Assembly: GCA_030324005.1 (NCBI GenBank)
Contig: JARDVH010000132.1
Span: 48,977,890 to 49,041,889, forward strand
Reading direction: 5' to 3'
Length of the DNA: 64,000 nucleotides
Origin: Negaprion brevirostris
Lineage: Eukaryota
The position numbers and the translations under genes are program-made. Shown here one piece after another: positions 12,347-25,026 of the stretch. The first letter of the stretch is position 1; each line of letters begins with the position of its first letter. The notes under the pieces were generated by a model, which made no database searches, was not told the origin of the DNA, and worked only from the letters and a program-made list of their open reading frames with translations.

Positions 12347-12611
12347 ATAAGAAGTCTCACAACACCAGGTTAAAGTTCAACAGGTTTATTTGGTAACAAA
12401 AGCCACTAGCTTTTGGACCTCTGATCCTTCGTCAGGTGAGTGGAGAGTTCTGATCACAAACAGGNNNNNNNNNNNNNNNNNNNNNNNNNNNNNNNNNNNN
12501 NNNNNNNNNNNNNNNNNNNNNNNNNNNNNNNNNNNNNNNNNNNNNNNNNNNNNNNNNNNNNNNNCCTCTGATCCTTCGTCAGGTGAGTGGAGAGTTCTGA
12601 TCACAAACAGG
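12347..12611 (-). mobile_element. PLE family A insertion with a mutated hammerhead (12404-12438), spanning an N gap
   Basis: Same terminal sequence as 11863. Minus strand CAC-CTGACGA-A-GGATC-AGA-GGTCC-AAAA-GCTA-GTG. TSD ggtcaaagaacaca (12333-12346) / ggtcaaagaagaca (12610-12623). Confidence 0.85.
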
Positions 12612-15600
12612 TCAAAGAAGACAGAGGGTAACGGTGGAAGGGTGTATTTTGCAATGGAGGGCTGTGACAAGTGGCATCCTCAGAGATCAGTGTTGGGACT
12701 CTTGCTGTTTGTAATATGTATAAATGATTTGGAGGAACAAATGACTGGATTGGTTAGTAAGTTTGTGGACGACACAAAGGTTTGTGTCATCCGCAAACTG
12801 CTGGATTTGTGGATAGCGATGAGGACCACCAGAGGATACAACACAGTACAGATCAGTTGGAGACATGGGCGGAGAGATGACAGATGGAGTTTAATCCAGA
12901 CAAATGTGAGGTAATGCATTTTCGAAAGTCTAATACAAATAGAAAATATATAGTAAATGGCAGAACCCTTAAGATATTGATAGGCAAATGGATCTGATGT
13001 ACAAATACACAGGTCACAAAGTGGCAATGCAGGTGGAGAAGGTAGTCAAGATGGCATACGGCATACTTGCTTTCATCGGCCGCGACACTGAATTTAAAAA
13101 TGGCAAGTCATGTTGCAGCTTTATAGAACCTTAGTTGGCCGCACGTGGAATATAGTGCTCGTTTCTGGCCGGCAGACTACCAGAAGGATGTGAAGGCTTT
13201 GGAGAAATGACAGAAAAGATTACCAGGATGTTGCCTGGTATGACGGGCATTAGCTATGAGGAGAGGTTGGAGAAACTTGGTTTGTTCTCATTTGGAAATA
13301 AGTGGACGTATTAGTCAGAGGCAACATGCTTTTGTGAAGGGGAGGTTGTGTCTCACTAACGACGAAGGTTGAGGGGTGATCTGATAGAGGTCTACAAGAT
13401 TATAAGAGACAAAGAGTGGATAGTCAAAACCTTTTTCCCAGGGTGGAAGAGTCTATTACTAGAGGGCACAGGTTTAAGGTGCGAGGGGCAAGGTTTAAAG
13501 GAGATGTACGAGGCAGATTTTTTACACAGAACTTAGAGAAAAAGACTATAAAAATTAAATGCCAGAGGTAAAATGAAATACAAGCAACCCTGCATGACAA
13601 TGAGCATACATTTGATAGGAAACTTATTCAACACTGCAATCTTTTCCTTATCACGTTTCAATAAGATACATTTGACTTTATCAAAGAGATTGAGCAATTT
13701 TAAGAAAAACAGACTATTACAAGCATGAAATTAAACATTTGCTTTCATGCTCTTTGAAAGGAATGTAGTGTGCTTACAGAAAACAAAATGTAATTAAAAT
13801 ACCATCACAACCATTAATACTGTCTTGTTCTACAAATCCTACTTTATGTACATCTTATGATTTCAATTTCAAGAACACAGCTGTATTTAAATCTATAATG
13901 TGGATTTCATTAAAAAAAAGTGAAACATGTGAAGTAGATCAATCTATTACATGTCAAACAAAATAGATGTTCAAAAAGTCCAAATAAATAATCACTAAGT
14001 TATGCCCAGTACAAAATGCATAGATGCCAAATATCCATTTTTATGTGAACCATGTTTAGCATGCCTACTTGTGTGGGTTTGCTGGTAGAAATGTATGCAA
14101 ACTTAAACCATATGCACTTTTGGATGGTTTCTCCATAACTCACTATAGTTTCATTCAGTGCGCACCTATTATTTGTCATATGACTTCTCCATATGGTAGT
14201 GAAAAGTGATTGCAGCTCTCCATGGAACAGCGAAGAAGCGAGAGGTGTTACACTCAGGTGCAGTAAATATTTGAACTGAGTGAGATTGGTCTATGATTTT
14301 ATTGGTACACCTAGTGAGGAAATGGAACATTTGCAATACTGAACTTTTTACTTTGGTTAAAAATCAATCTTGCATTTAAATTTACTTTCTGGGGCATTTT
14401 AGCTTGAAACTAACCTGATTAAAGTGGGAAAAGATCAAAATCAGAAAAGTAATATAACTACAAAGCTTGTGTTTTACATTCCATGGAAATTGCTCTGGGC
14501 AAAAAGGAGAATGGAAAATAATGGAATGGTAGTTGGAGAGTATGGTGGGGGTCAAGATTTTTCCTTTTGGGCAGGTAATATTGGTATTTATGAATGGGAG
14601 AAGGCTGGACCACAAGAAAAGTGAACCTTTGGCTATGTCAAATTGCAACGGGGCCAAGAAGATGCTTTGGATAATTGGGAATTGAGAGGGAAGGGGATTG
14701 AAGGAGCATGAAATGCATCTCATTGGCAAGGTGAGCGAGCTAGCCAAGAGAAAGGGCAACAATTCATCATTTTCTTAACATTTTTAAAATTGTTTAAACA
14801 GTTCAAATTTAAATTGAAGTTTTATTTTAAATTCAAAAAATTTTAAATCATCTTTTTAAATTGTTGACATGATTTAATTTTGGGGATAATTAAATGGGTT
14901 CAATTTGAAAATACCTGATACATGTTTTTATATGGAGATGAATGTATCTTTAAACCTTTGCAGTTCATTTCAGTAAATTATTCATTATTGAATCTCCATG
15001 TGTACATTGATGAAGTTTCCTGGAGTAGATATGACAACTTATGCCCAAGAGCATAAATTACCATTTCCCTGTACAACCATTTTGTTATAATTAGGAAGCA
15101 TTAATAGCAAATGTTTGTTTTTCATAAATTATTCAAAACGTTTATTTTACTTGTCAAAGGTTATTTTAAACATTAGTTCTAATACAATTGTGGCCGGATC
15201 TGAAACCATAATTTTCAGAAATCATTCTTTCTGTCCTGTGGTTCAAAATTATGTAAAATAATTGGTCTGACTAAAAGTATTCAGACTGGGATAACTTAAG
15301 TTTGCTGTCTGGTACAAAAATAATGACTTACACTTGTTTAGCAGCTCTGAAATGTTTTAAAGTGCTTCACAGAAAATGTTTTTATTTGAAGTGTAATCAG
15401 TGCTGTTATGTTGTGTTTTGGATCTACAAGGGACTTGAGGGTTATGCAGGATAGGCCACAATCCGACCAGCCATGAAGTAGGCTGGGGCCAAATGGTCTA
15501 CTCTGATGTTCTGAGATTAATAGAAACAGTAGCCATTTTGTGTTCATCAATGTTAGCTCAGTGACAGGCTAATTTGTTTCAGTAGTGCTCAATGAGTCAC

Positions 15601-16759
15601 AAAGATATGAAAAGAAAAAGTCTGAACACAATGCACTAAATGTGCCACGNNNNNNNNNNCGTTTGCCCTTCTGAAAGGTCATATTTATAGATAAATATAT
15701 AGATTTTTTTTCAGAAGTGCACAAACATAACTCATATCTACTGAACCTTTCACAAAAAATCTTTGTGAAGGCTTCACTAATTTTGTACCTCATCTTTGAT
15801 AGTGGTTTCAAGTTCATCCCGTTCCCATGAGTAATAGATGGTATCTTGTTTGTTATATAACTTGATAAACATTGCCCCAAAGTTAGCAATTTTCAGATTT
15901 TATTTTAAAATCCATATAAAGTCCTGTTGTTTGTGACTTTGTGGCTCTAGAGATCTTCGAACGTCCTGAGTTGAAATGCTAAGTTGGGGTCGTTCAACAC
16001 ATGTCATTTTGCATTTGATGAGAAGCTAGTGAATATGTCAACTGAAGGAAAACTAAAGTTTCTTTCTGCAACTGGACATCAAAAACTGCAGTTAGAATCA
16101 GATGCATTAAACTATTCTCACCAGCAAGGTTCTTTGTAACCTTGTCATCTATTAAATTTCTTACCTTGTTTCTGGATGTAAATGCATTGCAGCTTCAACT
16201 TCTAATAGCAGCACTGATTTACTGATATGACTACGAATCCTTGAAGGCTGGGCACTAAATTCTTCAGAGGTTGTAGAGTGGATGATGCATTTGTCCTGGA
16301 GAGTTAAGAAGGCAGGTTACATGCACAATATGCTGCAATAGAGTTTGGTGACTTGGATATTGCAACCAAGTCTTGTGCATTGTTGATACACCTCGCCACA
16401 GTGTATCAAAAAAAGTAATACCATCTAGCTTTGCTTGTCCTTAAGATTTTGCAGTTTTAACTAAATGCTTGTAACATTATCAGTTTGTTTTTACTTACTT
16501 TGGAGATAAGTGACACCAACCTTGACTTAACTTTGCCGCTGTCCCTTTGAATGGGTTTGTAAGATTATAAGGAGCAGAAGTAGGCCATTTGACCCATTTA
16601 ATCTGCTGTATCATTCAATAAGATCATGACTGACCTGATATCTTTAACTGCACTTTCCCGCCTTATCCCCATAACGTATTGTTCACTTACTGATTAAAAA
16701 TCTGTCTATCATAGCCTTGGATATGCTTAAAGACCCAGCTCTGGGTCTTTAGGCTCACT

Positions 16760-17297
16760 GGTTCACTCAGCTGATACCGGAGATGAGGGGGTTGGACTAT
16801 GAAGAGAGACTAAATAGACTGGGTCTGTACTCGTTGNNNNNNNNNNNNNNNNNNNNNNNNNNNNNNNNNNNNNNNNNNNNNNNNNNNNNNNNNNNNNNNN
16901 NNNNNNNNNNNNNNNNNNNNNNNNNNNNNNNNNNNNNNNNNNNNNNNNNNNNNNNNNNNNNNNNNNNNNNNNNNNNNNNNNNNNNNNNNNNNNNNNNNNN
17001 NNNNNNNNNNNNNNNNNNNNNNNNNNNNNNNNNNNNNNNNNNNNNNNNNNNNNNNNNNNNNNNNNNNNNNNNNNNNNNNNNNNNNNNNNNNNNNNNNNNN
17101 NNNNNNNNNNNNNNNNNNNNNNNNNNNNNNNNNNNNNNNNNNNNNNNNNNNNNNNNNNNNNNNNNNNNNNNNNNNNNNNNNNNNNNNNNNNNNNNNNNNN
17201 NNNNNNNNNNNNNNNNNNNNNNNNNNNNNNNNNNNNNNNNNNNTCGGCGCAACATCGTGGGCCGAAGGGCCTGTTCTGCGCTGTAATGTTCTATGTT
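16760..17297 (+). mobile_element. Young CR1 3' end, mostly N gap, nested in older CR1
   Basis: LIPEMRGLDYEERLNRLGLYSL before the gap; CpG-rich tail gggccgaagggcctgttctgcgctgtaatgttctatgtt after it. Confidence 0.8.
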
Positions 17298-17539
17298 TTC
17301 CTCCATTATATCCCATCTGCCAAGTTTTTGCCACTCACTCTGTAGACTTTGTGTCTTCCTCGTGACTTGCGTTCCTACTTATTTTTGTGTCATCTGCAAA
17401 CTTGGCGATAGTACTTCAAGTCATTAATATATATTGTAAATAATTGTGGTCCCAGTACTGATACCCCTGACACTCCACTAGTTACAGGTTGCCATCATGA
17501 AAATGCCCCTCTTATTCCAACTCTGTTTTCTATCAGTTA

Positions 17540-17629
17540 TGATGTGGACGAAGGGAGTAACCCCGAAAGCCAGTGAGTGTACTATCAAATAAATCGGTTG
17601 GACTTAAACTGGGGTTGTCAGACTTTTTA
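17540..17629 (+). mobile_element. PLE family A insertion with a degenerate hammerhead
   Basis: GGACGA-AGGGAGTAACCCC-GAAA-GCCA-GTG then caaataaatcggttggact...gactttttac. 17-bp TSD ctgttttctatcagtta (17523-17539) / ctgtgttctatcagtta (17630-17646). Confidence 0.8.
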
Positions 17630-17917
17630 CTGTGTTCTATCAGTTAGCCAATCCTTTATCCATGCTAATACGCTACGGCCAACCTCAAGGGCTTTTATCT
17701 TATTAAGTAGCCTTTTTGCAGTACCTTATCAAGCGCTTTTTGGAAATCCAAATATATTACATCTACTGGTTTCCTTTCATCTATACCACTCATTACCACC
17801 TCAAAGAATTCTAATAAATTTGTCAGGAATGATTTCCCCTTCACGAAGCCAGGTTGACTGTGCATGATTATATTATGCAGTTCTAAATAGTCTGCTGTTA
17901 CATCCTTTAAAATGGAC

Positions 17918-18175
17918 TGTATTAACCCCGATGAGTTCCACAGGAAATCTCTAATCGATCTCCCTGTGGAGCTCATTAGATATGAGTTCCCTTGGTAATA
18001 GGCAAAGGCCTGCCCAGGTGGAACTCATCACTAGAGCCCTTTTATAAGGCAGACACTGGGAAAAGGTCTGCAGAACTATTGTCTTGGTTGGGACTTAATT
18101 ATGTACATCAAGGAGTGGTGGCTTTACTAACAATAAATACTATTCCTTTCCAGTCGGACTTCTTGAATTATTATA
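17918..18175 (+). mobile_element. Solo LTR (258 bp) with 5-bp TSD
   Basis: TGTATTAA...TTATTATA imperfect inverted termini (terminal CA read as TA); perfect TSD TGGAC at 17913-17917 and 18176-18180; TATAA at about 18043; AATAAA at 18132-18137; splits a CR1. Confidence 0.75.
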
Positions 18176-18493
18176 TGGACTTTAACATTTCCCCAGTGAG
18201 AAGTTGAGCTAACTGGCCTAATGTTGACTGTGTTTTGTCTCCCTCCTCTTTTGAATAAGGGTATCGCATTGGCAGTTTTCCAATTCTCTTGGACTTTTCC
18301 AGAATTTAAAGATTCTTGGAAGATTACTCCCAGTGCATCCATTATCTCTGTAGTTACTTCCTTTAATAACTGGGGTGCAACCCATCAGGTTCAGGGGCCT
18401 TTACCCTCATTTGTTTCCCTAGTACTTTTCTCTACTGATAGTTATTTGTTTCCTCCCCCCTTCTGCTCCTTGATTACTTAGTATTTTTGGAAT

Positions 18494-18558
18494 AAGAACA
18501 TAAGAATGTAAGAAATAGGAGCAGGAGTAGTCCATCTAGCCCTTCGAGCCTGCCCCGC
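18494..18558 (-). mobile_element. Young CR1 3' tail of the (TTCTTATG)n family
   Basis: Reverse complement of the tails at 28301-28372 and 41689-41763; abuts an N gap. Confidence 0.85.
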
Positions 18559-18904
18559 NNNNNNNNNNNNNNNNNNNNNNNNNNNNNNNNNNNNNNNNNN
18601 NNNNNNNNNNNNNNNNNNNNNNNNNNNNNNNNNNNNNNNNNNNNNNNNNNNNNNNNNNACGTTTGGAAAATAACCACCAAGGCATCCACTATCACCTCCG
18701 CCATTTCTTTCAGAACCCTTGGATGCATTCCATCCAAATACATGAATGTTATTCATGTATTTCACCATGAAGATTAATGCAGTGTGTTTGTTTTACTCCT
18801 CTGCCATTTCGTGGTTTCTCATTATTATTTCCCCAGTCTCATTCTCTAAAGGGCCTATGTGCATTGTGGCCTCTCTCATACTTTTTCTATATTTAAAGAA
18901 GCTC

Positions 18905-19068
18905 TACCTCATATTAAGTTGATCTTTCTCTACACCTAGCAATGGCTGTAATGCTACATTCTGGACTGTCTCCTTACCTTCTCTATGTACGCTATGCTTT
19001 GTCTGTATAGTGCACAAGGAAAAGTATTTTACACTGTCTATGAATACATGTGACAATAAATCAAATTG
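18905..19068 (+). mobile_element. Rex1/Babar 3' UTR fragment
   Basis: Homologous to 38738-38908 (attaagttgatc..tctctac..ctagc...catgtgacaataaatcaaa). Confidence 0.75.
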
Positions 19069-19174
19069 AACCTTGCTGTCTGTTTTTATATCATCTGGTA
19101 GTTTATCTTCCTCTTTTTAGTCAGATTTTGTTGGTTTTTAAAACTTTCTCAGTCCTCTAGCAAATCACTGACGT

Positions 19175-19550
19175 ACAGTGGCAGCAGTTTGTTTCATCTT
19201 CAAGATGCACTGCAGCAACTCACCAAGACTTCTTCAGTAGCATCTTCCAAATCCGTGGCCTCTATGACCTAGAAGGAGAAGGGCAGCAAATGCATGGGAA
19301 CATTATCTCTTGGAAGCTTCCCTATTAAGCCATATACCAGTTAGACTTGGAACTAACTCACCATTCCTTTACTGTCACTGGGTCAAATTCCTGGAACTCC
19401 CTCCCTAACAGCACTGTGGGAGCACCTACACCTTATGGACAGCAGCCATTCAAGAAGAAGGCACACCACCATCTTCTCAAGGGAAATTAGAGATTGGCAA
19501 TAAATAAGCTGGCTAAGCCAGTTATGCACTCATCTTGTGAAAGATTTTTT
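19175..19550 (+). mobile_element. CR1-clade family T 3' end
   Basis: Homologous to 4120-4450; tail caccaccatcttctcaagggaaattagagattggcaataaa. Confidence 0.8.
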
Positions 19551-19734
19551 AAAAGGTTTTACGGAGTTGTGAGGTTATGCCAACTTTTAATAGCAGGTTA
19601 ATGAGGTGGTTGAAGAAGACAAAGCGGTCTGGTAACAGGTTGAGCACAAGCAATTAGGTTTACTGCTCATGAGAAGAAAGCTATTTCCATATTAGAATTA
19701 AACCAAATTTTATAAGAAGGATAATAAAGTGAAA

Positions 19735-19840
19735 GCTTGCATTTATAAGGAGTCTTTCACTATCTTAGGATGTTCCAAACTACTTTGCAGCCAATGAAGT
19801 ATCTCTGGAGTGTAGTCTCTGATTTAATGTAGAGAATTTA
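19735..19840 (-). mobile_element. DeuSINE-like 3' fragment
   Basis: cttgcatttataagg...cagccaatgaagta; matches 53545-53625. Confidence 0.55.
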
Positions 19841-20184
19841 AAGCAATTTTTTTTTCATATTTCAGGAATTATTTTAAAAAAAGTATGTCAAGTATTTCCA
19901 GAGCACTTCACAAAAGTCTAATCAGTCAGAAATCCTGTCACAGGACTAGCAGTGTTACCTACAAAGTGACAAAATCTGATCAATCTGTGGTGAAAAATGG
20001 TGTACACCAAATTCTGAACCTGACGTATCCTGGGATATAGGAAGTTGACAACTCCAGGTCAAATGTAAGCGTCAAGGCTAGACTTTTAAAAACTGTGAAA
20101 ACAATTGGAAAATAATTTGTTTTAGTTTGGTTTCATGTTACTGTGAGATATTAATTTTTAAATTATTAAGCTTAACATCTTATT

Positions 20185-20830
20185 TTGTGAATAACCTCAC
20201 ACTTTCCTACATTATGCATAAGCTGCCAACTTGTTGCCCATTCACTTAACCTGTCAATGTCTCTTTGCAACCTCTTTACATTTCTACCTAGCTTTGTATC
20301 ATCAGCAAACTTACATTACTTCCTCATTCTTTGTCCAAGTTATTAATGTTGTTATAATGGATTCCCATGTTCCTTCCCCTGGAAAATATATTGCTCTATA
20401 AAATTTGTAGTTCATATATACTGCACTGGAAATATAGCAGCAGCATCATCTTGTGTCCATTTGGCACTATTAACGTATTTCCACAGCACTTCTCAAAAAT
20501 CTAATCAGATACAAATGAACATGAACCGAGGAAGATGATTAATTCACGAGGTAACTAAAAGTTTTGTTAGAGTTGGTTTTCAAAGATAGTTTTTAAGAGG
20601 GAAGTTACAGAGGTGAAGTGAAGGTTAGTGTGGGTGTGGGTAGCAGAGTTTTGGAGCTGGAGAGAGCTTGTGGAGGATAGACCATGGGAGACCCTATAAT
20701 AGCATTAGAATATTTGAGTCTTATGGCAAGAGAAGTATGAAATCCAACATGTGGGTTGAGACAGGCAGGGTTGAGCGAATTTACAAAGGTGAAAATGTAA
20801 TTTAAGAGAAATAAGATGCCAAAGCTTTCA
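20185..20830 (-). mobile_element. Old CR1 RT fragment (about 20185-20350) and L2-like 3' fragment (about 20480-20830)
   Basis: gtatcatcagcaaac reads FADDT on the minus strand. The second segment resembles the reverse complement of the L2 ends at 39955-41160. Confidence 0.5.
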
Positions 20831-21399
20831 GTGGCCCAGAATGTTGAAACCTGGCCCCATGTTTTTGGATGATGCCCCCAAAAGGAAATGCATAGATTGG
20901 AAGGGGCTAAGAATATTTTTTTTTAGGCTCCAGATATAACATTGCGAGAGTAGGATGCGAGCCATTGCTGGGGATATGCTTGCTACTTTGGATAGGCAAG
21001 TGTGGACCAAGCAAGAGCAACGGATTGGACCATTCAACTGGATAATAGATGAGGTGTAATAATCTAGAGTTTATAATTTCATAGTTTAGAGCTTCTTAAC
21101 GTTTTTGTGAATGCTTAACTTTAATTAGGCTGATAGGCAGACATCTGAAATTATGTTAAATGTAGTACTGAAATACTTGTGTAATTAACAAGATTTATTG
21201 AAGTATATCTATGGCTTCAAGTAGTTACAGCAAGCTTTGTAGTACATTGGTGCTGGGTGCTTGGGTATAGAGTTTCAAATTTCATTTCTAATGAAACTTA
21301 AATCCTAACTTTCTCCTCATATTATTATTGATACCTGCTGAGTTGTCAGGCGTTGACACAATGAGAGATATGTCAGACCAACAGAATCTATTGCAATAT

Positions 21400-21525
21400 A
21401 ATAAAAATAAAATGCTGCAGTTGCTGGAAATCTGACAAACAGAAGATGCTAGGAAAAACTCAACAAATCTGGTAGCATCTGTGGAGAGAAACACAGTTGA
21501 ATGTCCATATGGCTCTCCAGAGCTC
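21400..21525. mobile_element. PLE family C terminal fragment
   Basis: aaatgctgcagttgctggaaatctgac...gcatctgtggagagaaacacagtt; homologous to 4646 and 60125. Confidence 0.65.
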
Positions 21526-22208
21526 AAACCTACTGCGTGTTACTGTAATATTTAAGTGAGAAGCAATGATAATAGCATCAGCAGAACTGGGCAGGATCAT
21601 CCAACTTCCAAATCAAATATTACTTAAGTGAGGAAAACACTGAAAGCATTGGAACAATTAGAAGTACAAACCATTGTATTTTGAACTGACTACTGTCAGA
21701 GAAGAAATAAATAATCAAGTGGAATCTGCTACATGCACAGAACGACAAAGATGTTTTGTGGCCCTTAATGAAATTAGAATGCGTTCTGGCTTCTAAATGG
21801 CTATTCTATTCTGTCCTTAATTAATTTGGTGTCAGTTGTATGCAGCTTGTAACAGCAGGAGGTAATATTCCCGCCAACTTGCCTTACAACAGACATAATA
21901 TAAAATATGTAATGAAGGCATGTGTAGGTTAAGAAGAATATTGCTGAAGGTAAGTATTCTGCTTCAGAACTGAGATTGTGGCCAGTGGCTGGTTAGCTTT
22001 CAAGGCAGACTTGGAATGGAGTAATTGGTTATTGCTGATGTCAGTCACTACATGATTTCTCTCAGTTGACAGTATGGTCATTTGCTTCTGCCAGTATATG
22101 TTTTCAAGAAGTTTATTTATTAGTGTCACAAGTAAGCTTGCATGAAACACTGAAAATCTCCGGGTCGCCACACTCGAGTGCCTGCTCAGATACACTGAGG
22201 AAGAATTT

Positions 22209-22385
22209 AGTATGGCCAATGCACCTAATCACAGTTTTTTTGGACTGTGGGAGGAATCCATGGGGAGGAAACTCTCACAGATACAGTGAACATGCAGATT
22301 CCACACAAACAGTGAACCAAGCCAGGAATCGAACCCAGGTCTGTGGCATTGTGAGGTAGCAGTGCTAACCATTGTGCCACCATGT
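22209..22385 (-). mobile_element. HE1-type V-SINE (head and core)
   Basis: B box ggaatcgaaccc, A box region ctaaccattgtgcca, V-core ttggactgtgggagga. Confidence 0.85.
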
Positions 22386-22654
22386 CGTCTTAAGGGTGTT
22401 TGAGTTAGAAAGGGTTAATGTGGGATTGGGAATACAGTATTGCGCGCATGATGTGGAGAGTCACATGATATAGTCTGTGTAGAAAGAGCCCGAGAGAAGT
22501 CAGCATCAGGATAGCATCTATTTAGGGCAATACCTTTGAGATGTGTATATGGTTGTGCGTTAACAATGAACTGTTTATGTTCAACCTCACAAATCTCCAG
22601 ACTTTCTGGTGAGACACCAAGCAACTTTACAACAGGTTCTGACTTTGACTTGTA

Positions 22655-23395
22655 TGTATGTACAAATTAGATGCAGGAAAAAGGCTCTTCGTTCCTCAAA
22701 TCTGCTCCGCCATTCAAGATCGTGGCTAATCTGATTGTAACCTACTGCCCTCCCCAGTATCCTTTCATTTTCTTGTTTATCCAGAATCTTTTTGCCTCTG
22801 CCTTAAAATATTCAAAGACTTTACTTCCACTGCCTCTAGAGGAAGGGAGTTACAAAGGCTGTCTCTCCTCTAAAAGAGAAAAAAGTGTCCCTCTCTCTTA
22901 GGTGGGTGACCCTTTATTTTTAAACAGCGACTCCAAGTTCCAGCTTCTCCCACAAGAGGAAATATCCTCCCCACATCCAACTTGTTAAGACTTTTCATGA
23001 TTTTGTATGTTTCAATCATGGTGCCTCTTATTCTTCGAAACTCTAATAGATACAATCCTTGCCTGCCTAACCTTTCTTCATAAGACAACTTGTCCATTCC
23101 TGGCATTAGTCTCGTAAACCTTCTCTGAACACCTCCATTGTACTTACATCATTCCTTAAGTAAATAGACCAGTCGTGTACACAGTGCTCCGGACATGATT
23201 TGACCAGTGTCCTATAGAACTGAATATAACCTCACTAATTTTACATTCAATTGCCCTTGCAATAAATGATAACATTCTATTAGCTTTCCTAATTACTTGT
23301 TGCACCTGCATATGAGCCTTGTGTGATTCATGCAAGAGGACATCCAGATCCCTCTGAATCTCAAAGCCCTGCAATCTCTCACCATTAAGATTTTT
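22655..23395 (-). mobile_element. CR1 LINE 3' end
   Basis: MPGMDKLSYEERLGRQGLYLLEFRRIRGTMIETYKIM; QRDLDVLLHESHKAHMQVQQVIRKANRMLSFIARAIE. Confidence 0.9.
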
Positions 23396-23814
23396 TGATT
23401 TTTCTTGCGGATTCATAGACATATTTGATTGCTGCCTGGATAAGACAACATAAAATGCCAAGACAGTTGAAGTAGTTAAATAAATAAACAGCTATTTGCA
23501 TCAAAAACAAAAATTTAGGTCAGCAAATCATAGATTAATGGTTGGATAAGTAGCTGAATTACTTCAATTGGATGGAACTTGCGGTATCAAACAATTGACT
23601 TTGCTACAGAAATGTTCAAGTTAAATGTTGTTCACAAAGCTTTAATTTTAAACAGATGATCTAACTGGAGCTATAGAATTATGATTATAATTTCACCAAT
23701 TTGGTGTATGAAGACATTCATTTTATGCGTATTTTCAATGAGTATATATTACACTTTGTGGCCAGTTGTTCGTGCATCTTTTGTTTATTCTCTGTAAAAA
23801 AAAAAATGGGGAAT

Positions 23815-24555
23815 ATTGTGTTATTCTTTAAGTGTGTATGTGTGTATAAATTACTTAAGTTGGGGAATGGTTACTAGAGACAGTTCATGTGGGAGCTTTA
23901 AGATAGGATACAAGTTTATGTATTTTGTAATGAGGTATTATGGTGAGTTTGAAGTAGAAGTAAATAAGTTGGGTCTAATGTTTACATTTTAAGTTAAAAG
24001 TTTGTTTGAATATTAGAGGGAAGTCAGAGGTGACAAGAAACATTTTGCATCTTACAGGAGTTCTATAAATAGGAGATGATATATTTTGTTACCCCAAAGC
24101 AGGGACAAAATCAAAATATGAAAGATTTTGTATTTGGAAGGATTTGAGTTTCAAAGAGGTGTGAGAATTAGAGTTACTGCAGGGAGTTTAGTTGTTGACT
24201 GTATGAGAAAGATCACCTAGAAATAGCTGTCAACTTGGAGAAAATGCAGTTTGCATCAGCTCACCAGTGAAGCCAGAAAAGCCTTTGACTGTAAAAAGCA
24301 GTTGTGTTTTTGGGGTTGCCACAGCACAGCAGAAGAATTTTTGAGAGGCCGTATGATATTAAGCAACAGTGGCTTTACCTTGGATAATAAAACTGGATTT
24401 TTATAACCACCTATAACAGAGTGTTGCAATGCCTGGAAGATATTTACTTGTGTGTCTGACTAAGTAGAGAACCTTGTGAGGGGGAATGTTTATAAGACTA
24501 ATTTTAACTGTGTAATTATAATCCTGTGTGTTGAAGTTTTCTTTTTTTCTTGGTA
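23815..24555. mobile_element. Possible LTR-like repeat, right end lost in a gap
   Basis: Starts near TGTGTTA; G/T-skewed composition distinct from its flanks; internal AATAAA. No second terminus or TSD can be checked. Confidence 0.25.
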
Positions 24556-24927
24556 NNNNNNNNNNNNNNNNNNNNNNNNNNNNNNNNNNNNNNNNNNNNN
24601 NNNNNNNNNNNNNNNNNNNNNNNNNNNNNNNNNNNNNNNNNNNNNNNNNNNNNNNNNNNNNNNNNNNNNNNNNNNNNNNNNNNNNNNNNNNNNNNNNNNN
24701 NNNNNNNNNNNNNNNNNNNNNNNNNNNNNNNNNNNNNNNNNNNNNNNNNNNNNNNNNNNNNNNNNNNNNNNNNNNNNNNNNNNNNNNNNNNNNNNNNNNN
24801 NNNNNNNNNNNNNNNNNNNNNNNNNNNNNNNNNNNNNNNNNNNNNNNNNNNNNNNNNNNNNNNNNNNNNNNNNNNNNNNNNNNNNNNNNNNNNNNNNNNN
24901 NNNNNNNNNNNNNNNNNNNNNNNNNNN

Positions 24928-25026
24928 TAAACTCTAACGAGTACAAGCCTAGTTTATTCAGCCTCTCCTCATAGCTCAACCCCGGTATCAGCCTAGTAAA
25001 CCTCTTCTGCACTCCCTCCGAGGCCA
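24928..25026 (-). mobile_element. Young CR1 fragment next to a gap
   Basis: EGVQKRFTRLIPGLSYEERLNKLGLYSLEF. Confidence 0.85.

Larger units (their letters stand above)
11001..13530 (+). mobile_element. Degraded CR1/HER1 LINE ORF2 (about 2.5 kb) with two PLE insertions
   Basis: ORF 11105-11533 (VLNWGKANYNNIRQEL...PWIT); KGRSCL..FFEEVT; MDFIEAFDKVHH; SVLGLLLFVICINDL; SKFVDDTK; 3' actagagggcacaggtttaagg. Confidence 0.95.
16563..19170 (-). mobile_element. Composite degraded CR1 LINE hosting several nested insertions
   Basis: Minus ORFs HSQPGFVKGKSFLTNLLEFFE..VDVIYLDFQKALDKV, WKTANAIPLFKRGGRQ and DGMHPRVLKEMAEVIVDAL; 3' tail at about 16563-16745. Confidence 0.9.

Noticed and set aside
12418-12611. 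Identical 47-bp sequence on both sides of a 100-N gap, looking like a tandem hammerhead dimer
   Set aside because: Exact identity across a placeholder gap is most simply an unmerged contig overlap; long reads are needed before calling it a tandem.
14760-14880. Repeated TTTAAA palindromes
   Set aside because: AT-rich low complexity with no regular period.
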